64,000 bases of DNA from Clostridia bacterium. GTDB taxonomy: Bacteria > Bacillota > Clostridia > TANB77 > CAG-508. The stretch is from positions 21,647 through 85,646 of the forward strand of contig JAFWMA010000010.1 of the NCBI GenBank assembly GCA_017510825.1, read 5' to 3'. How positions within the stretch are numbered: position 1 is the first letter of the stretch; each line of letters begins with the position of its first letter. The translations under genes were made by a program, and so were the position numbers. Positions 40,468 through 50,819 of this stretch are shown here, piece by piece. The notes under the pieces were generated by a model. It saw only the letters and a program-made list of their open reading frames with translations. It searched no databases and was not told where the DNA came from.

Positions 40468-42162
40468 ATGGCTTTAATCCAAGAAGAATCAAATAATAAC
40501 GAAAATAAAGTCAAGAGTTTAAAACATAGTTTAATTGTTATTATTATTTTTGCTTTTTTACTAATTATCGTAGCAATTGTAATTTATGTTTATTCTATTA
40601 ATGTAGCTACTGTACAACGTAAGGTATTAATTGATGGGACAAGTAATACAAAACTTGCAAATGATGAGGATGTTTTTATTGTTGAAAATGATAAAGTATA
40701 TACTTCTATAAAACTGATAGCAGATGCTATAGGTTATAAGTTTTATCCAGGTGAATATCAACAATATACAGAGGATGAATCAAGTTGCTATGTTACTAAT
40801 CAAAAAGAATTAGTAACTTTTACTGCAGGGTCAAAAGAAATAAGAAAATATCCTCAGCTTTCTAAGTCTGAGTCACAATTATTTGATTTAGATGAAGAAG
40901 TTCAGGATAGAAAGAATAGCCTTTACTTAAGTGAAAAAGGAATGGAAAGAGCATTTAATACAATAGTTAAGTATACAAAGGATAATAATACAATTTCATT
41001 AACTACCTTAGGATATTTAACAACTAATGTTACTACTCAAGTTAAAAATGCGTATTTAATAAAAAAAGAAGGTGAAACTGAAAATAATGAAATGACAGAA
41101 TCTATTTTGTTTAATAATCAAAAAGCATTATTAGCTAATTTAGTTGTTACACAAAATGATAGTACAAAGTTGTTTGGAGTTACAAAAACAACAAATGGTG
41201 AAATGAATAGTATTATTTCAGAAAGATATAAGGTGATTGAATTTATTGAGGGAGCGAATGATTTTATTGTAAAGACTGAAGATAATAAATATGGAATTAT
41301 TGGAAATGAGGGATTTCCAAAAATAAAACCTGCTTATGACGAAATACAAGAACTTGATAAGGATTTGGGATTGTATTTAGTAACAAGTAATGGAAAACAA
41401 GGTGTTGTAAATCAAAATGGAAATGATATTGTATATCAAGAATATGATCAAATTGGTTTAGATGCTGATAATGGAGACAAAAATGTTAAAAATAGATATT
41501 TATTGTATGGCAATTGTATTCCTGTTAAATTAGATAAAAAATGGGGGTTGATTGATAAAAATGGAAATAAGATATTAAATATAGAATATGATGGTATAGG
41601 ATGTAAACTTTCTTCAACTCAAGCAAATACTACTGGAATTGTTTTAATACCAGATATGGAAGCTATTGTTGTTGAACAGGATATGAAAAAGGCAGATGGC
41701 AATTCGGTAGTGAAAAAATATGGAATTGTAAATTCTAAAGGAGAAAAGATTACTGATATTGCTGCAGATTCAGCATATGCAATTACTATAGATAATAAGG
41801 TTACATATTATTTATCTGTGGATAATCAGATGATTGATATTGTTGAGTTTTGGAATAAGTATAAATATGGTAATAATAATCAAACAGAAAATCCACAACA
41901 GCAATCTCAGGAACAGCAACAATTAGAACAGCAACAATTGCAACAGCAACAATTAGAACAGCAACAATTGCAACAGCAACAATTAGAACAACAACAATTG
42001 CAACAGCAACAATTAGAACAACAACAATTGCAACAGCAACAATTGCAACAACAACAATTGCAACAACAACAATTGGAACAGCAACAATTGGAACAGCAAC
42101 AACAACAGCAACAGCAACAAACAGAACAACAGTTTTTACAGTATTCTCAATTTGTTAATTAG
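40468..42162 (+). CDS. Membrane-anchored WG-repeat protein with C-terminal poly(QQQLE/Q) tail
   Basis: N-terminal TM; KYGIIGNEG, KQGVVNQNGNDI, KWGLIDKNGNKI, KYGIVNSKGEKI repeats. Confidence 0.85.
   Translation: MALIQEESNNNENKVKSLKHSLIVIIIFAFLLIIVAIVIYVYSINVATVQRKVLIDGTSNTKLANDEDVFIVENDKVYTSIKLIADAIGYKFYPGEYQQYTEDESSCYVTNQKELVTFTAGSKEIRKYPQLSKSESQLFDLDEEVQDRKNSLYLSEKGMERAFNTIVKYTKDNNTISLTTLGYLTTNVTTQVKNAYLIKKEGETENNEMTESILFNNQKALLANLVVTQNDSTKLFGVTKTTNGEMNSIISERYKVIEFIEGANDFIVKTEDNKYGIIGNEGFPKIKPAYDEIQELDKDLGLYLVTSNGKQGVVNQNGNDIVYQEYDQIGLDADNGDKNVKNRYLLYGNCIPVKLDKKWGLIDKNGNKILNIEYDGIGCKLSSTQANTTGIVLIPDMEAIVVEQDMKKADGNSVVKKYGIVNSKGEKITDIAADSAYAITIDNKVTYYLSVDNQMIDIVEFWNKYKYGNNNQTENPQQQSQEQQQLEQQQLQQQQLEQQQLQQQQLEQQQLQQQQLEQQQLQQQQLQQQQLQQQQLEQQQLEQQQQQQQQQTEQQFLQYSQFVN
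41911..42120 (+). repeat. Coding tandem repeat, 15-nt period (30-nt super-period)
   Basis: (GAACAGCAACAATTA/CAACAGCAACAATTG)n, ~14 units, encoding QQQLE/QQQLQ. Confidence 0.9.
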
Positions 42163-42182
42163 AGAATGAAAGGAAATAAACA

Positions 42183-42462
42183 ATGAATGCTGAAGAAATA
42201 ATTTCAACAATAGTTATAGTTTTCATTATTCTTGTAATATTTTATTTTGCAACATGGCAAAGAAGAAAACAGCAAAAAGAAGTAAAAAAAATGCAAGAGA
42301 ATATAAAAAAACGGAGATTCTATCATTACTTTTTCTGGTTTAACGGGGAAAGTAGACGAAGTTCTTGAAGATAGAGTAATTGTGAAAACATATCCAGATA
42401 AAGTTAGCTTATCAATTGAAAAGTGGGCAATTGCTGGTATAGATGATAGAAAAATGGAGTAA
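42183..42462 (+). pseudogene. yajC: Preprotein translocase subunit YajC, interrupted by a +1 frameshift in an A7 run
   Basis: N-part TM + QRRKQQKEVKKMQENIKK in frame 1; GDSIITFSGLTGKVDEVLEDRVIVKT... from 42313 in the next frame; A7 run at 42305-42311. Confidence 0.75.
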
Positions 42463-42506
42463 TAAAACTAAATATTCCTCATATATTCAAAATAGGAGGA
42501 ATGTAA

Positions 42507-42917
42507 ATGAAAAATAAAAAGACCAATAATACAGAAGATAAGGCTAAAAAAAATAATTTAGTTTGTGTCATAAAAGGAATACTAATATCGATATTAAGTA
42601 GTTTATTATTATTGTTTTTTATGTCAATCATATTAGCTTATTCAAATACTTCAGAAGCAGTTATTCCTGTTGCAATTATTGTAATATCTTCTATTAGTAT
42701 ATTGATGGGAAGTGCTTTTAGTACGAAGAGTATAATGAAAAATGGTTTGATAAATGGAGCAATAGTTGGATGTGTATATATACTGATATTATATTTATTA
42801 TCAAGTATAATAATGGTAGGATTTAATTTGAATATGAAATCACTAATAATGATGTTAGTATCAATTGTTATAGGTATGACTGGTGGTATAATAGGTGTCA
42901 ATATAAGAAAAAACTAA
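42507..42917 (+). CDS. Small polytopic membrane protein
   Basis: 136 aa, four predicted TM helices, AGGAGGAA RBS. Confidence 0.6.
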   Translation: MKNKKTNNTEDKAKKNNLVCVIKGILISILSSLLLLFFMSIILAYSNTSEAVIPVAIIVISSISILMGSAFSTKSIMKNGLINGAIVGCVYILILYLLSSIIMVGFNLNMKSLIMMLVSIVIGMTGGIIGVNIRKN

Positions 42918-42955
42918 AAATAGCCTTATAGGCAATCAGAAAGGAATAATATAAG

Positions 42956-44443
42956 ATGAAAATGCAGAAAAAAGTAAACATAGTTTTAGTTATTTTAGTA
43001 ATTATACTAGTGTCTCTAGTATCATTTGGAGGAATTTATTATAAAAATAAAAATGAGTATACTAATAAATTACCAAGTTATATTTTGGGAACTGAACTAC
43101 AAGGATATAGGCAAGTTACTTTAGCTGTTAAAGAAAAGGATAAAGCAGCTGAGACAGATGATTCTAGTGGTGAAGAAAAAACATCTGAGAATAATGAAGA
43201 AGAAAAAAGTGAAATAGAAAATGAGTCGAATAATTTAGAAGAGAGTAAAGAAGAAAATAAAGACTCAGAAGACCAAGAACCTAACTATTATGCAGATGAT
43301 TTTAAGAAAACAGCTGAAATATATAGAGCTAGATTTAAAAGTTTAAAAGTTGATAATTTTTCTGTAATATGTGATGAGGATACAGGAAATATTGTGATTT
43401 CTTTACCAGAAAATGATCAAACAGATATTATTCTTTCAGATATTACACAAATTGGTGAATTTACTATAAAAGATAGTGATACTCAGGAAGTATTATTAAA
43501 TAATGAAGATGTAAGTAGTGTAAAAATTGGTACTCAAGAATCAATGTCAGGTACAAAAACTTATATGAGCATTTATTTCAATAGTAAAGGAACAAGTAAA
43601 TTTAAGGATGTAACAAAGGAATATCAAAATACAGTATCTGAGAATACTGTACAAAATACAGTTGAAAATAAAACTGAAGAAGAGAGTAATGAAGTAGACA
43701 ATGGGGAAGAAACAAATACTGCAGATGAGAATAGTAATACCGAATCTGCAGAAGATAAAAAATCAAAACAAGTAACCATTAATGTTGATTCTACAACTAT
43801 GTTAACGACAGATTTTTCTGAAGTAATAGATAGTGGAGTTTTATCTTTAACTTTAGGAAATGCAACTTCTACAGATGAAGTTTCAAAGGACGAGCTATAT
43901 AGTGCGTATAATTTGGGAGCGATAATAGAAAATAGTCCCCTTCCAGTAGAATATCAAGTTGAAGGAAATTCTTATATTTCTGCGTTACTTGAAACTAATA
44001 AATTAAACTTTATAATTTATATTGAAATTGGAATAGCTCTTCTTATTTCATTAGTTTTGATAATAAAATATAGAATTCAAGGATTATTAACAAGTATTTT
44101 ATCAGTAGGTTTTATTGCAATATTATTAATAGTGATTAGATATACAAATGTAGTTTTATCTTTAGAAGGGTTATTTGCAATTGAGATTTGCTATTTATTA
44201 AGTTGTATTTTCGGAGTGCTAAAATCTGAAAATAACGTTAAAGATGCAACAGATAAAGAAAAGACTAAAGCATTTAAAACTATTATGAAAAAATATACAA
44301 TTATATTAATGCCTGTTTTAATTATAGGTATTGTATGTTCATTCACACAATGGTCACAACTTACAAGTTTGGGAATGATATTATTCTGGGGTGTTTTAAT
44401 TAGTTGGATTTATAATATTACTATAAGTAAACTAATAGATTAA
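42956..44443 (+). CDS. secD: Divergent SecD-like protein
   Basis: TM1, LGTELQGY (cf. LGLDLQGG), KYRIQGLLT (cf. YYRxPGL), six TMs, position after yajC; the MAVDANI-type TM4 motif is absent. Confidence 0.6.
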   Translation: MKMQKKVNIVLVILVIILVSLVSFGGIYYKNKNEYTNKLPSYILGTELQGYRQVTLAVKEKDKAAETDDSSGEEKTSENNEEEKSEIENESNNLEESKEENKDSEDQEPNYYADDFKKTAEIYRARFKSLKVDNFSVICDEDTGNIVISLPENDQTDIILSDITQIGEFTIKDSDTQEVLLNNEDVSSVKIGTQESMSGTKTYMSIYFNSKGTSKFKDVTKEYQNTVSENTVQNTVENKTEEESNEVDNGEETNTADENSNTESAEDKKSKQVTINVDSTTMLTTDFSEVIDSGVLSLTLGNATSTDEVSKDELYSAYNLGAIIENSPLPVEYQVEGNSYISALLETNKLNFIIYIEIGIALLISLVLIIKYRIQGLLTSILSVGFIAILLIVIRYTNVVLSLEGLFAIEICYLLSCIFGVLKSENNVKDATDKEKTKAFKTIMKKYTIILMPVLIIGIVCSFTQWSQLTSLGMILFWGVLISWIYNITISKLID

Positions 44444-44480
44444 TTCAATAACAAATACAAAAAATATTGATGAAAGGATT

Positions 44481-45101
44481 ATGACAATGAAAAATAAAGT
44501 ATTATTTGTAATAATTGGAATAATATTTATAATTGCAATTATAATGACTTTGGTAAAGGGAATAAGTGTTGATACATTTTATGGTGAAGGATACACTATA
44601 AGTTTTACAGAAAAAAATACTATAGATTTAAATGAAATTGAAAAAATAGTGAAAGAAATATGGGGAAATAGTTTTAGCGTACAAAGGTTAGAATTTTTTA
44701 ATGATAGTGCAAAAATAAAAGTTAAAGATTATACAGATGAGCAAATTACTAAATTAAAAGATAAACTAAATGAACAATATAATTCTGAGCTTGAAGAAAC
44801 TAGTTTCAAAATTGAACATGTTTCAAATGTTAAGATAAGAAATGTAATAACACCATATGTAATACCTGTAATTTTATCACTTGTTATTGTTATGCTTTTC
44901 TATGCAATTCGTTTCAGAGGTGCTAAAAAAATGATTGAATTGTTATTTTGCTTGTTGGTGATTGGTGGATTATTTTATAGCATTATAGTAATAGCAAGGA
45001 TTCCATTTAGTGCTGTAACAATGCCTTTAGCAATGTGCGTATATATTTTAACTGTTTTAGGTCATACGTCTATAAGTGAAATAAGACAAAGTAATGAATA
45101 A
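44481..45101 (+). CDS. secF: Truncated SecF-like protein
   Basis: TM1, GISVDTFYGEG (cf. GIDFxGG), AIRF; only 206 aa and 4 TMs. Confidence 0.5.
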   Translation: MTMKNKVLFVIIGIIFIIAIIMTLVKGISVDTFYGEGYTISFTEKNTIDLNEIEKIVKEIWGNSFSVQRLEFFNDSAKIKVKDYTDEQITKLKDKLNEQYNSELEETSFKIEHVSNVKIRNVITPYVIPVILSLVIVMLFYAIRFRGAKKMIELLFCLLVIGGLFYSIIVIARIPFSAVTMPLAMCVYILTVLGHTSISEIRQSNE

Positions 45102-45216
45102 TACTTGAGTTTTTGACATAAAAATGCAAAATTTGACTTTTTTTACATTTTTCCTTGATTTGGCAATAAAAATATGTTATAATATTATTGTATTAAGTTG
45201 ATAGGAGGTAAAATGT

Positions 45217-45465
45217 ATGAAAGCAACAGGGATTTTAAGAAAAATTGATGGATTAGGAAGAATTGTTATTCCAATGGAAATTAGAAACAAATTAAATATT
45301 TCTCAAAATGATCCACTTGAAATACATGTTGAAGGAAACTCAATTGTATTAAGAAAATATGAACCTGATTGTACATTCTGTGGAAGTTCTAAAAATGTAG
45401 TTGAATACAAAGGTAAGAATGTTTGTGAAAAATGTATTAAAGAACTTGGAAATGTAGAAAAATAA
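45217..45465 (+). CDS. abrB: AbrB-family transition-state regulator with C-terminal Cys4 motif
   Basis: MKATGILRKIDGLGRIVIPMEIRNKL SpoVT/AbrB swapped-hairpin domain; CTFC...CEKC. Confidence 0.8.
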   Translation: MKATGILRKIDGLGRIVIPMEIRNKLNISQNDPLEIHVEGNSIVLRKYEPDCTFCGSSKNVVEYKGKNVCEKCIKELGNVEK

Positions 45466-45477
45466 ACTATAACTATA

Positions 45478-45503
45478 AGAACAGTTTATGCTGTTCTTTT
45501 TTT
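45478..45503 (+). terminator. Terminator after abrB
   Basis: AAGAACAG-TTTATG-CTGTTCTT + TTTTTT. Confidence 0.8.
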
Positions 45504-45638
45504 TGGGGGGAAAATTCTATTTTTCTAATAACGAAGACGGGTTTTAAAAGAAATTGGTTATAAAAGTGAATATTTATTGTGGATATATGGTTTTGATGTT
45601 CCATATACCAATAACTTAATATTTTTTGGAAAAAACTC

Positions 45639-45685
45639 TTGACAAAACGAACAAATGTATGTATAATAAAACAAACAAAAGTTCT
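45639..45685 (+). promoter_or_regulatory. recN promoter with two LexA(Cheo)-box-like sites
   Basis: TTGACA-17-TATAAT; CGAACAAATGTATG (45648-45661) in the spacer and AAACAAAAGTTC (45673-45684) just downstream, versus GAAC-N4-GTTC. Confidence 0.5.
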
Positions 45686-45703
45686 ATAAAATAGGAGTTA
45701 AAA

Positions 45704-47323
45704 ATGATTACTACATTACATATTAAAAATATTGGTATTATTGAGGATTTGAATGTTGAGTTAAGTGAAGGATTAAATGTTTTTACTGGTGAAACAGGCG
45801 CTGGAAAGACTTTAATTATAGATGCAATTAATATTATATCTGGTGGAAGGTTTTCCAAAGAAATGATAAGAAGAGGGGAAAAATATTCTTTTGTGGAAAT
45901 GAATTTATTTCTTCCTGAATATGACAATTCTATTGAAGGAAATATTATTGTTAGTAGAGAGATACATACTAATGGAAGAAATTCTTGTAAAATAAATGGA
46001 AGGCTTGTTACTGTTACAGAATTGAAAAGTTTTATGAATGGTGTAATTGATATTCATGGACAGAATGATAATCAAAAGATTTTGAATCCGATTTATCATA
46101 TAAATTATTTAGATAATTTTGCTGGAAAAGAATTAAAAATTTTAAATAAACAGTATAATGAACTTTATTGTGAATATTGTAGTCTTAGGAAAAAGCTAAA
46201 AGAAAACTTAGGTGATGAAAAAGAAAAGCAAAGGAAGCTTGATCTGCTTCAATACGAATTTGATGAAATAGATAGTGCAAACTTAAAAGTTGGAGAAGAT
46301 GAAGAGCTAAAAGAAAAAAGTAAAATATTTGAAAATGCTGAAAAAATCACATTAAGTATAAGTGAGTCTAGTTTGTGTAGCCAAAATGCTATTGATGAAA
46401 TTAATAGTGCAATAAAGGCAGTAGAAAAAATTAGCCATTTGGACAGTAAGTATGATGATAAGCTTTCTGAGTTGAAAAATATATATTATGAAATAGAGGA
46501 ATTTAGTAGAGATTTATCTTATATGACGGATGATGTTGATTTCAGTGAAGATGAAAGAGATGAAATAGAACAAAGGTTAGATTTAATTGCTTCACTTAAA
46601 AGAAAATATGGAAGTAGTATTGAGGAAATATTGGAATATAAAAATAAAACCGAAGCTGAAATAGATTATATAAATAATTTAGATGAAGAAAATAGTAAAT
46701 TAAAGAAACAATTAGAAATACTTGAATTAAAAATGGGTAATTTATCAGGAGAGATTCATAAAAAAAGGATAGATGTTTCTACAATTTTAAATAAAAAAGT
46801 TAATAAGGAATTAAGTGATTTGGAAATGTCTAGTGCAAAATTTACTGTTAATGTTGAAAAAACTGAAGAATTTAATGAATATGGCAAAGATAAAGTACAG
46901 TTTTATATATCAACTAATGTTGGTGAAGATAATAAAGAATTAAATAAGGTTGTATCTGGTGGAGAGATGTCAAGAATTATGTTAGCTATAAAAACAGTGT
47001 TAGCTAACACTGATAGTACGCCTGTAATGGTGTTTGATGAAATTGATACTGGAATAAGTGGAAAAGCGGCTAAGTCTGTTAGCCAAAAGTTAAAACTAAT
47101 TGGAGAAAATCATCAGGTGATATGCATAACTCATCAACCTAGTATTGCGGCTAAAGGTGATAATAATTATTTTATTAGCAAAGAAACGATTAATGATAGA
47201 ACGCATACTCAGATAAAGAAATTAAATGAGAATGAAATAATAAATGAAATTGCTAGAATTGCAAATGGTGATATAACTGAAATTGCATTAAAGCATGCAT
47301 TAGAGCTTAGAAAGTTAGCATAA
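45704..47323 (+). CDS. recN: DNA repair protein RecN
   Basis: LHIKNIGIIEDL...FTGETGAGKT, coiled-coil middle, SGGEMSR, VFDEIDTG. Confidence 0.93.
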   Translation: MITTLHIKNIGIIEDLNVELSEGLNVFTGETGAGKTLIIDAINIISGGRFSKEMIRRGEKYSFVEMNLFLPEYDNSIEGNIIVSREIHTNGRNSCKINGRLVTVTELKSFMNGVIDIHGQNDNQKILNPIYHINYLDNFAGKELKILNKQYNELYCEYCSLRKKLKENLGDEKEKQRKLDLLQYEFDEIDSANLKVGEDEELKEKSKIFENAEKITLSISESSLCSQNAIDEINSAIKAVEKISHLDSKYDDKLSELKNIYYEIEEFSRDLSYMTDDVDFSEDERDEIEQRLDLIASLKRKYGSSIEEILEYKNKTEAEIDYINNLDEENSKLKKQLEILELKMGNLSGEIHKKRIDVSTILNKKVNKELSDLEMSSAKFTVNVEKTEEFNEYGKDKVQFYISTNVGEDNKELNKVVSGGEMSRIMLAIKTVLANTDSTPVMVFDEIDTGISGKAAKSVSQKLKLIGENHQVICITHQPSIAAKGDNNYFISKETINDRTHTQIKKLNENEIINEIARIANGDITEIALKHALELRKLA

Positions 47324-47325
47324 TG

Positions 47326-47352
47326 AGCCTATTATATAGGCTTATATTTTTT
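47326..47352 (+). terminator. Terminator after recN
   Basis: AGCCTAT-TATA-TAGGCT + ATATTTTTT. Confidence 0.7.
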
Positions 47353-47510
47353 ACATAACGTATTTACAAATTTTCGTAATTAGTATATAATATATAAGTA
47401 TAATTTTATTTGAAGTAATGTGTAGTTTGAGTATTAATTGGCAATTTGTCCAATTCTTTTTCAAACTTATATATGACTTTTAGCAATTTTAGAAAGGAAA
47501 TTAATGTTAA

Positions 47511-49004
47511 ATGGATAATAACAACAATGAAAATCAAGAATTAGATATGAACAATTTGATGAAGGTTAGAAAAGAGAAATTAGATAAATTGAAAGAAGAA
47601 GGTGTTAATCCTTTTGAAGTTACTAAATTCAATAGAACACATACTAGTAAACAAATTATAGATAATTATGATGAACTAGAAGATAAAGATGTTACAGTGG
47701 CTGGTAGATTAATGGCTAAAAGAATTATGGGTAAGGCTTCTTTTTGTCATATACAGGATGCTGATGGAAGAATTCAAAGCTATGTAAGCATTAATGACTT
47801 AGGTGAAGAATCATATAAAAGATTTAAAGAATATGATATTGGGGATATAATTGGACTTACTGGTTTTGTTTTTAAAACAAGAACTGGTGAGGTTTCTATA
47901 CATGCAAAAGAAGTTAAATTATTGACAAAATCATTAAGACCGTTACCAGAAAAATTTCATGGATTAAGAGATAATGATTTGAGATATAGACAAAGATATG
48001 TTGACTTAATTGTTAATCCTGAAGTTAAAGAAACCTTTATTATTAGAAGTAAGATTTTAAAAGAGATTAGAGCCTTTATGGATAAGAAGGGCTATATGGA
48101 AGTTGAAACGCCTTCTCTTACAACCGTTTCAACAGGAGATGCTGCAAGACCATTTACAACACATCACAATACCCTTGATTTAGATATGTATTTAAGAATT
48201 GCTCCAGAATTAAATTTAAAAAGGTTAATTGTTGGAGGCATTGACAAAGTATTTGAAATAGGAAAAAACTTTAGAAATGAAGGGATGGATATAAAACATA
48301 ATCCTGAATTTACAAACATGGAGTTTTATTCTGCTTATGAAGACTATAATGATATGATGAGTATAACAGAAGAACTTATTTCAACTGTAGCACAAAATGT
48401 TTTAGGAACTACTAAAATTCAGTATGGAGAGTATGAAATTGATTTAACCCCTAAATGGAAAAGAATTACAATGATTGAAGCCATAAAAAATGAAACTGGT
48501 GTAGACTTTGATAGAATAAGAACAGATGAAGAAGCTCAAAAAATTGCTAAAGAAAAAGGTGTTGAATTTGAAGATTTAAAAAATACAAGAGGACATATTA
48601 TTAATGAATTTTTTGAGACTTTTGTTGAAAAAACCTTAATTCAACCAACATTTATTATGGATTATCCAGTTGAAGTATCTCCTCTAACTAAGAGGAAAAA
48701 AGAACAACCAGAGTTAGTTGAGAGATTTGAGTTGTTTATTGGTGGAACGGAATATGCAAATGCTTATTCTGAATTAAATGATCCAATAGATCAATATGAA
48801 AGATTATTAAAACAAGTTGAAGCGAAAGAGAAAGGTGATGAAGAAGCTGGAGGAATGGATGAAGATTTTGTTAATGCTTTAGAGATTGGATTACCTCCAA
48901 CAGGTGGAGAAGGAATTGGAATTGACAGATTAATTATGCTTTTAACCAATTCAGCATCAATTAGAGATGTTTTACTTTTTCCTACTATGAAGCCTTTATC
49001 TTAG
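47511..49004 (+). CDS. lysS: Lysyl-tRNA synthetase (class II)
   Basis: [21 protein letters not shown], 497 aa. Confidence 0.96.
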   Translation: MDNNNNENQELDMNNLMKVRKEKLDKLKEEGVNPFEVTKFNRTHTSKQIIDNYDELEDKDVTVAGRLMAKRIMGKASFCHIQDADGRIQSYVSINDLGEESYKRFKEYDIGDIIGLTGFVFKTRTGEVSIHAKEVKLLTKSLRPLPEKFHGLRDNDLRYRQRYVDLIVNPEVKETFIIRSKILKEIRAFMDKKGYMEVETPSLTTVSTGDAARPFTTHHNTLDLDMYLRIAPELNLKRLIVGGIDKVFEIGKNFRNEGMDIKHNPEFTNMEFYSAYEDYNDMMSITEELISTVAQNVLGTTKIQYGEYEIDLTPKWKRITMIEAIKNETGVDFDRIRTDEEAQKIAKEKGVEFEDLKNTRGHIINEFFETFVEKTLIQPTFIMDYPVEVSPLTKRKKEQPELVERFELFIGGTEYANAYSELNDPIDQYERLLKQVEAKEKGDEEAGGMDEDFVNALEIGLPPTGGEGIGIDRLIMLLTNSASIRDVLLFPTMKPLS

Positions 49005-49034
49005 GGTAAATATCATTGAAAAGGGAGAAAATGA

Positions 49035-49772
49035 ATGTATTTTAGTTTTTCTAATCCGTGGATGATAGGATTATTGGTAATATTAGTAATTCAAAATTTA
49101 CAAAGATATATGTATGGCTCTGGAAGTATTCTAGAATTGTTAATATCTATTCCAGGTTTGTTAATTGCAATAACATTTCATGAATTTGCTCATGCCTGGG
49201 TTGCCGATAAGTTGGGTGATGATACTCCTAGAAATCAAGGAAGATTGAGTTTAAATCCATTGGCTCATTTAGACCCATTTGGAGCAATACTTATGTTATT
49301 TGCTGGATTTGGATGGGGAAAGCCAGTTACAATAAATCCAAGTAATTTTAATAGAAAAGTATCTATCAAAAAAGGAAATGCTTTAGTTTCTCTTGCAGGA
49401 CCTGCAATGAATTTTATTTTAGCGTTATTGTTCTCTGTAATATTTGGGTTAATATATAAATTTGCGGATGGTTTTATATTATCTAGTGTAGGAAAAGTTG
49501 TTATGATTGCTTTGCAATATACAATTTTTATGAATGTTGGTCTTGGAGTGTTTAATCTAATTCCATTGCCTCCGTTAGATGGTGCAAAAATATTACTGGG
49601 TGTGTTACCAGATAACGCAGTAAGATGGTATAAACTACATGAAAGTTTTTTATATATTGTGTTTTTAGTTATTTGGATAACACCTATAGCTTCTTATATG
49701 ATTGCTCCAATTATTAGTTTTATTGATGCTAAACTATTGCAATTAATTATAATGATTGCTGTGGGATTGTAA
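49035..49772 (+). CDS. Site-2 protease family (M50) membrane metalloprotease
   Basis: HEFAHAW HExxH, NLIPLPPLDG. Confidence 0.85.
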   Translation: MYFSFSNPWMIGLLVILVIQNLQRYMYGSGSILELLISIPGLLIAITFHEFAHAWVADKLGDDTPRNQGRLSLNPLAHLDPFGAILMLFAGFGWGKPVTINPSNFNRKVSIKKGNALVSLAGPAMNFILALLFSVIFGLIYKFADGFILSSVGKVVMIALQYTIFMNVGLGVFNLIPLPPLDGAKILLGVLPDNAVRWYKLHESFLYIVFLVIWITPIASYMIAPIISFIDAKLLQLIIMIAVGL

Positions 49773-49801
49773 TATTATGCTTTTTATGAAAGGACTAGAA
49801 T

Positions 49802-50800
49802 GTGATAAATAAAGATATTATTATACTTGGAATTGAGTCAAGTTGTGATGAAACAGCAGTTGCAGTTGTAAAAAATGGTAGAGAAGTTTTATCGAATGTT
49901 ATAAATACACAAATTGAAATTCATACAGAATATGGTGGAGTAGTTCCAGAAATAGCATCACGAAATCATATTCGAAACATTTCTACTGTATTTATTGAAT
50001 CCATAAACCAATCTGGAATAGGTTATGATGATATTGATGCTATTGCATGTACTTATGGACCTGGATTGGTTGGAGCATTGTTGGTTGGATTATCTTATGG
50101 AAAAGCATTAAGCTTTGCTCTAGGTAAGCCTTTGGTTGGAGTAAATCATATCGAAGGGCATATAGCATCAAATTATATTACATATCCTGAACTAAAACCT
50201 CCATTTGTATGCGTTATGATGTCTGGAGGAAATACACAAATTGTTTTAGTAAAAGATTATACTAGTTTTGAAGTTCTTGGGAAGACTAGAGATGATGCTG
50301 TTGGAGAAGCTTTTGATAAGGTAGCTAGAGTTGTAGGTTTGGGATATCCAGGTGGACCAAAAGTAGATGAATTAGCAAAACAAGGTAACGATACTATAGA
50401 TATGCCTAAAACACATTTTGAAAATCTTGATTTTAGTTTTAGTGGAATTAAAACAGCAGTTATTAATTTAAATCATAATAATCCTAAAATTAATAAAGCA
50501 AATTTGTGCAAAAGTTTTGAAAAGACAATTACAGAAATATTGATAGAAAATACTAATAAAGCAGTTGATATCACAGGTGTTAAGACTGTTGTTTTAGCAG
50601 GAGGGGTATCTGCTAATAGTTATATTAGACAGGAATTTTTAAACTTAGAAAAAGATGGTCTTAAAGTTTATATGCCAGAGATGAAATTGTGTACTGATAA
50701 TGGTGCAATGATTGCTTCTGCCGGTTATTATAGTTTTATTAATGGGAAAAGGGATGAATTATCATTGAATGCTGTACCGAATTTGAAACTTAGTTATTAG
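49802..50800 (+). CDS. tsaD: tRNA N6-adenosine threonylcarbamoyltransferase
   Basis: GTG start; ILGIESSCDETA, VNHIEGH, 332 aa. Confidence 0.94.
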   Translation: MINKDIIILGIESSCDETAVAVVKNGREVLSNVINTQIEIHTEYGGVVPEIASRNHIRNISTVFIESINQSGIGYDDIDAIACTYGPGLVGALLVGLSYGKALSFALGKPLVGVNHIEGHIASNYITYPELKPPFVCVMMSGGNTQIVLVKDYTSFEVLGKTRDDAVGEAFDKVARVVGLGYPGGPKVDELAKQGNDTIDMPKTHFENLDFSFSGIKTAVINLNHNNPKINKANLCKSFEKTITEILIENTNKAVDITGVKTVVLAGGVSANSYIRQEFLNLEKDGLKVYMPEMKLCTDNGAMIASAGYYSFINGKRDELSLNAVPNLKLSY

Positions 50801-50819
50801 GAAAGGAATTATTAAATTC

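Noticed and set aside
42183-42368. An intact 61-aa ORF, as listed in the track
   Set aside because: Only its first ~43 codons look like YajC. The tail (RRFYHYFFWFNGESRRSS) is out-of-frame read-through, and the genuine YajC C-terminus is in the next frame up to 42462.
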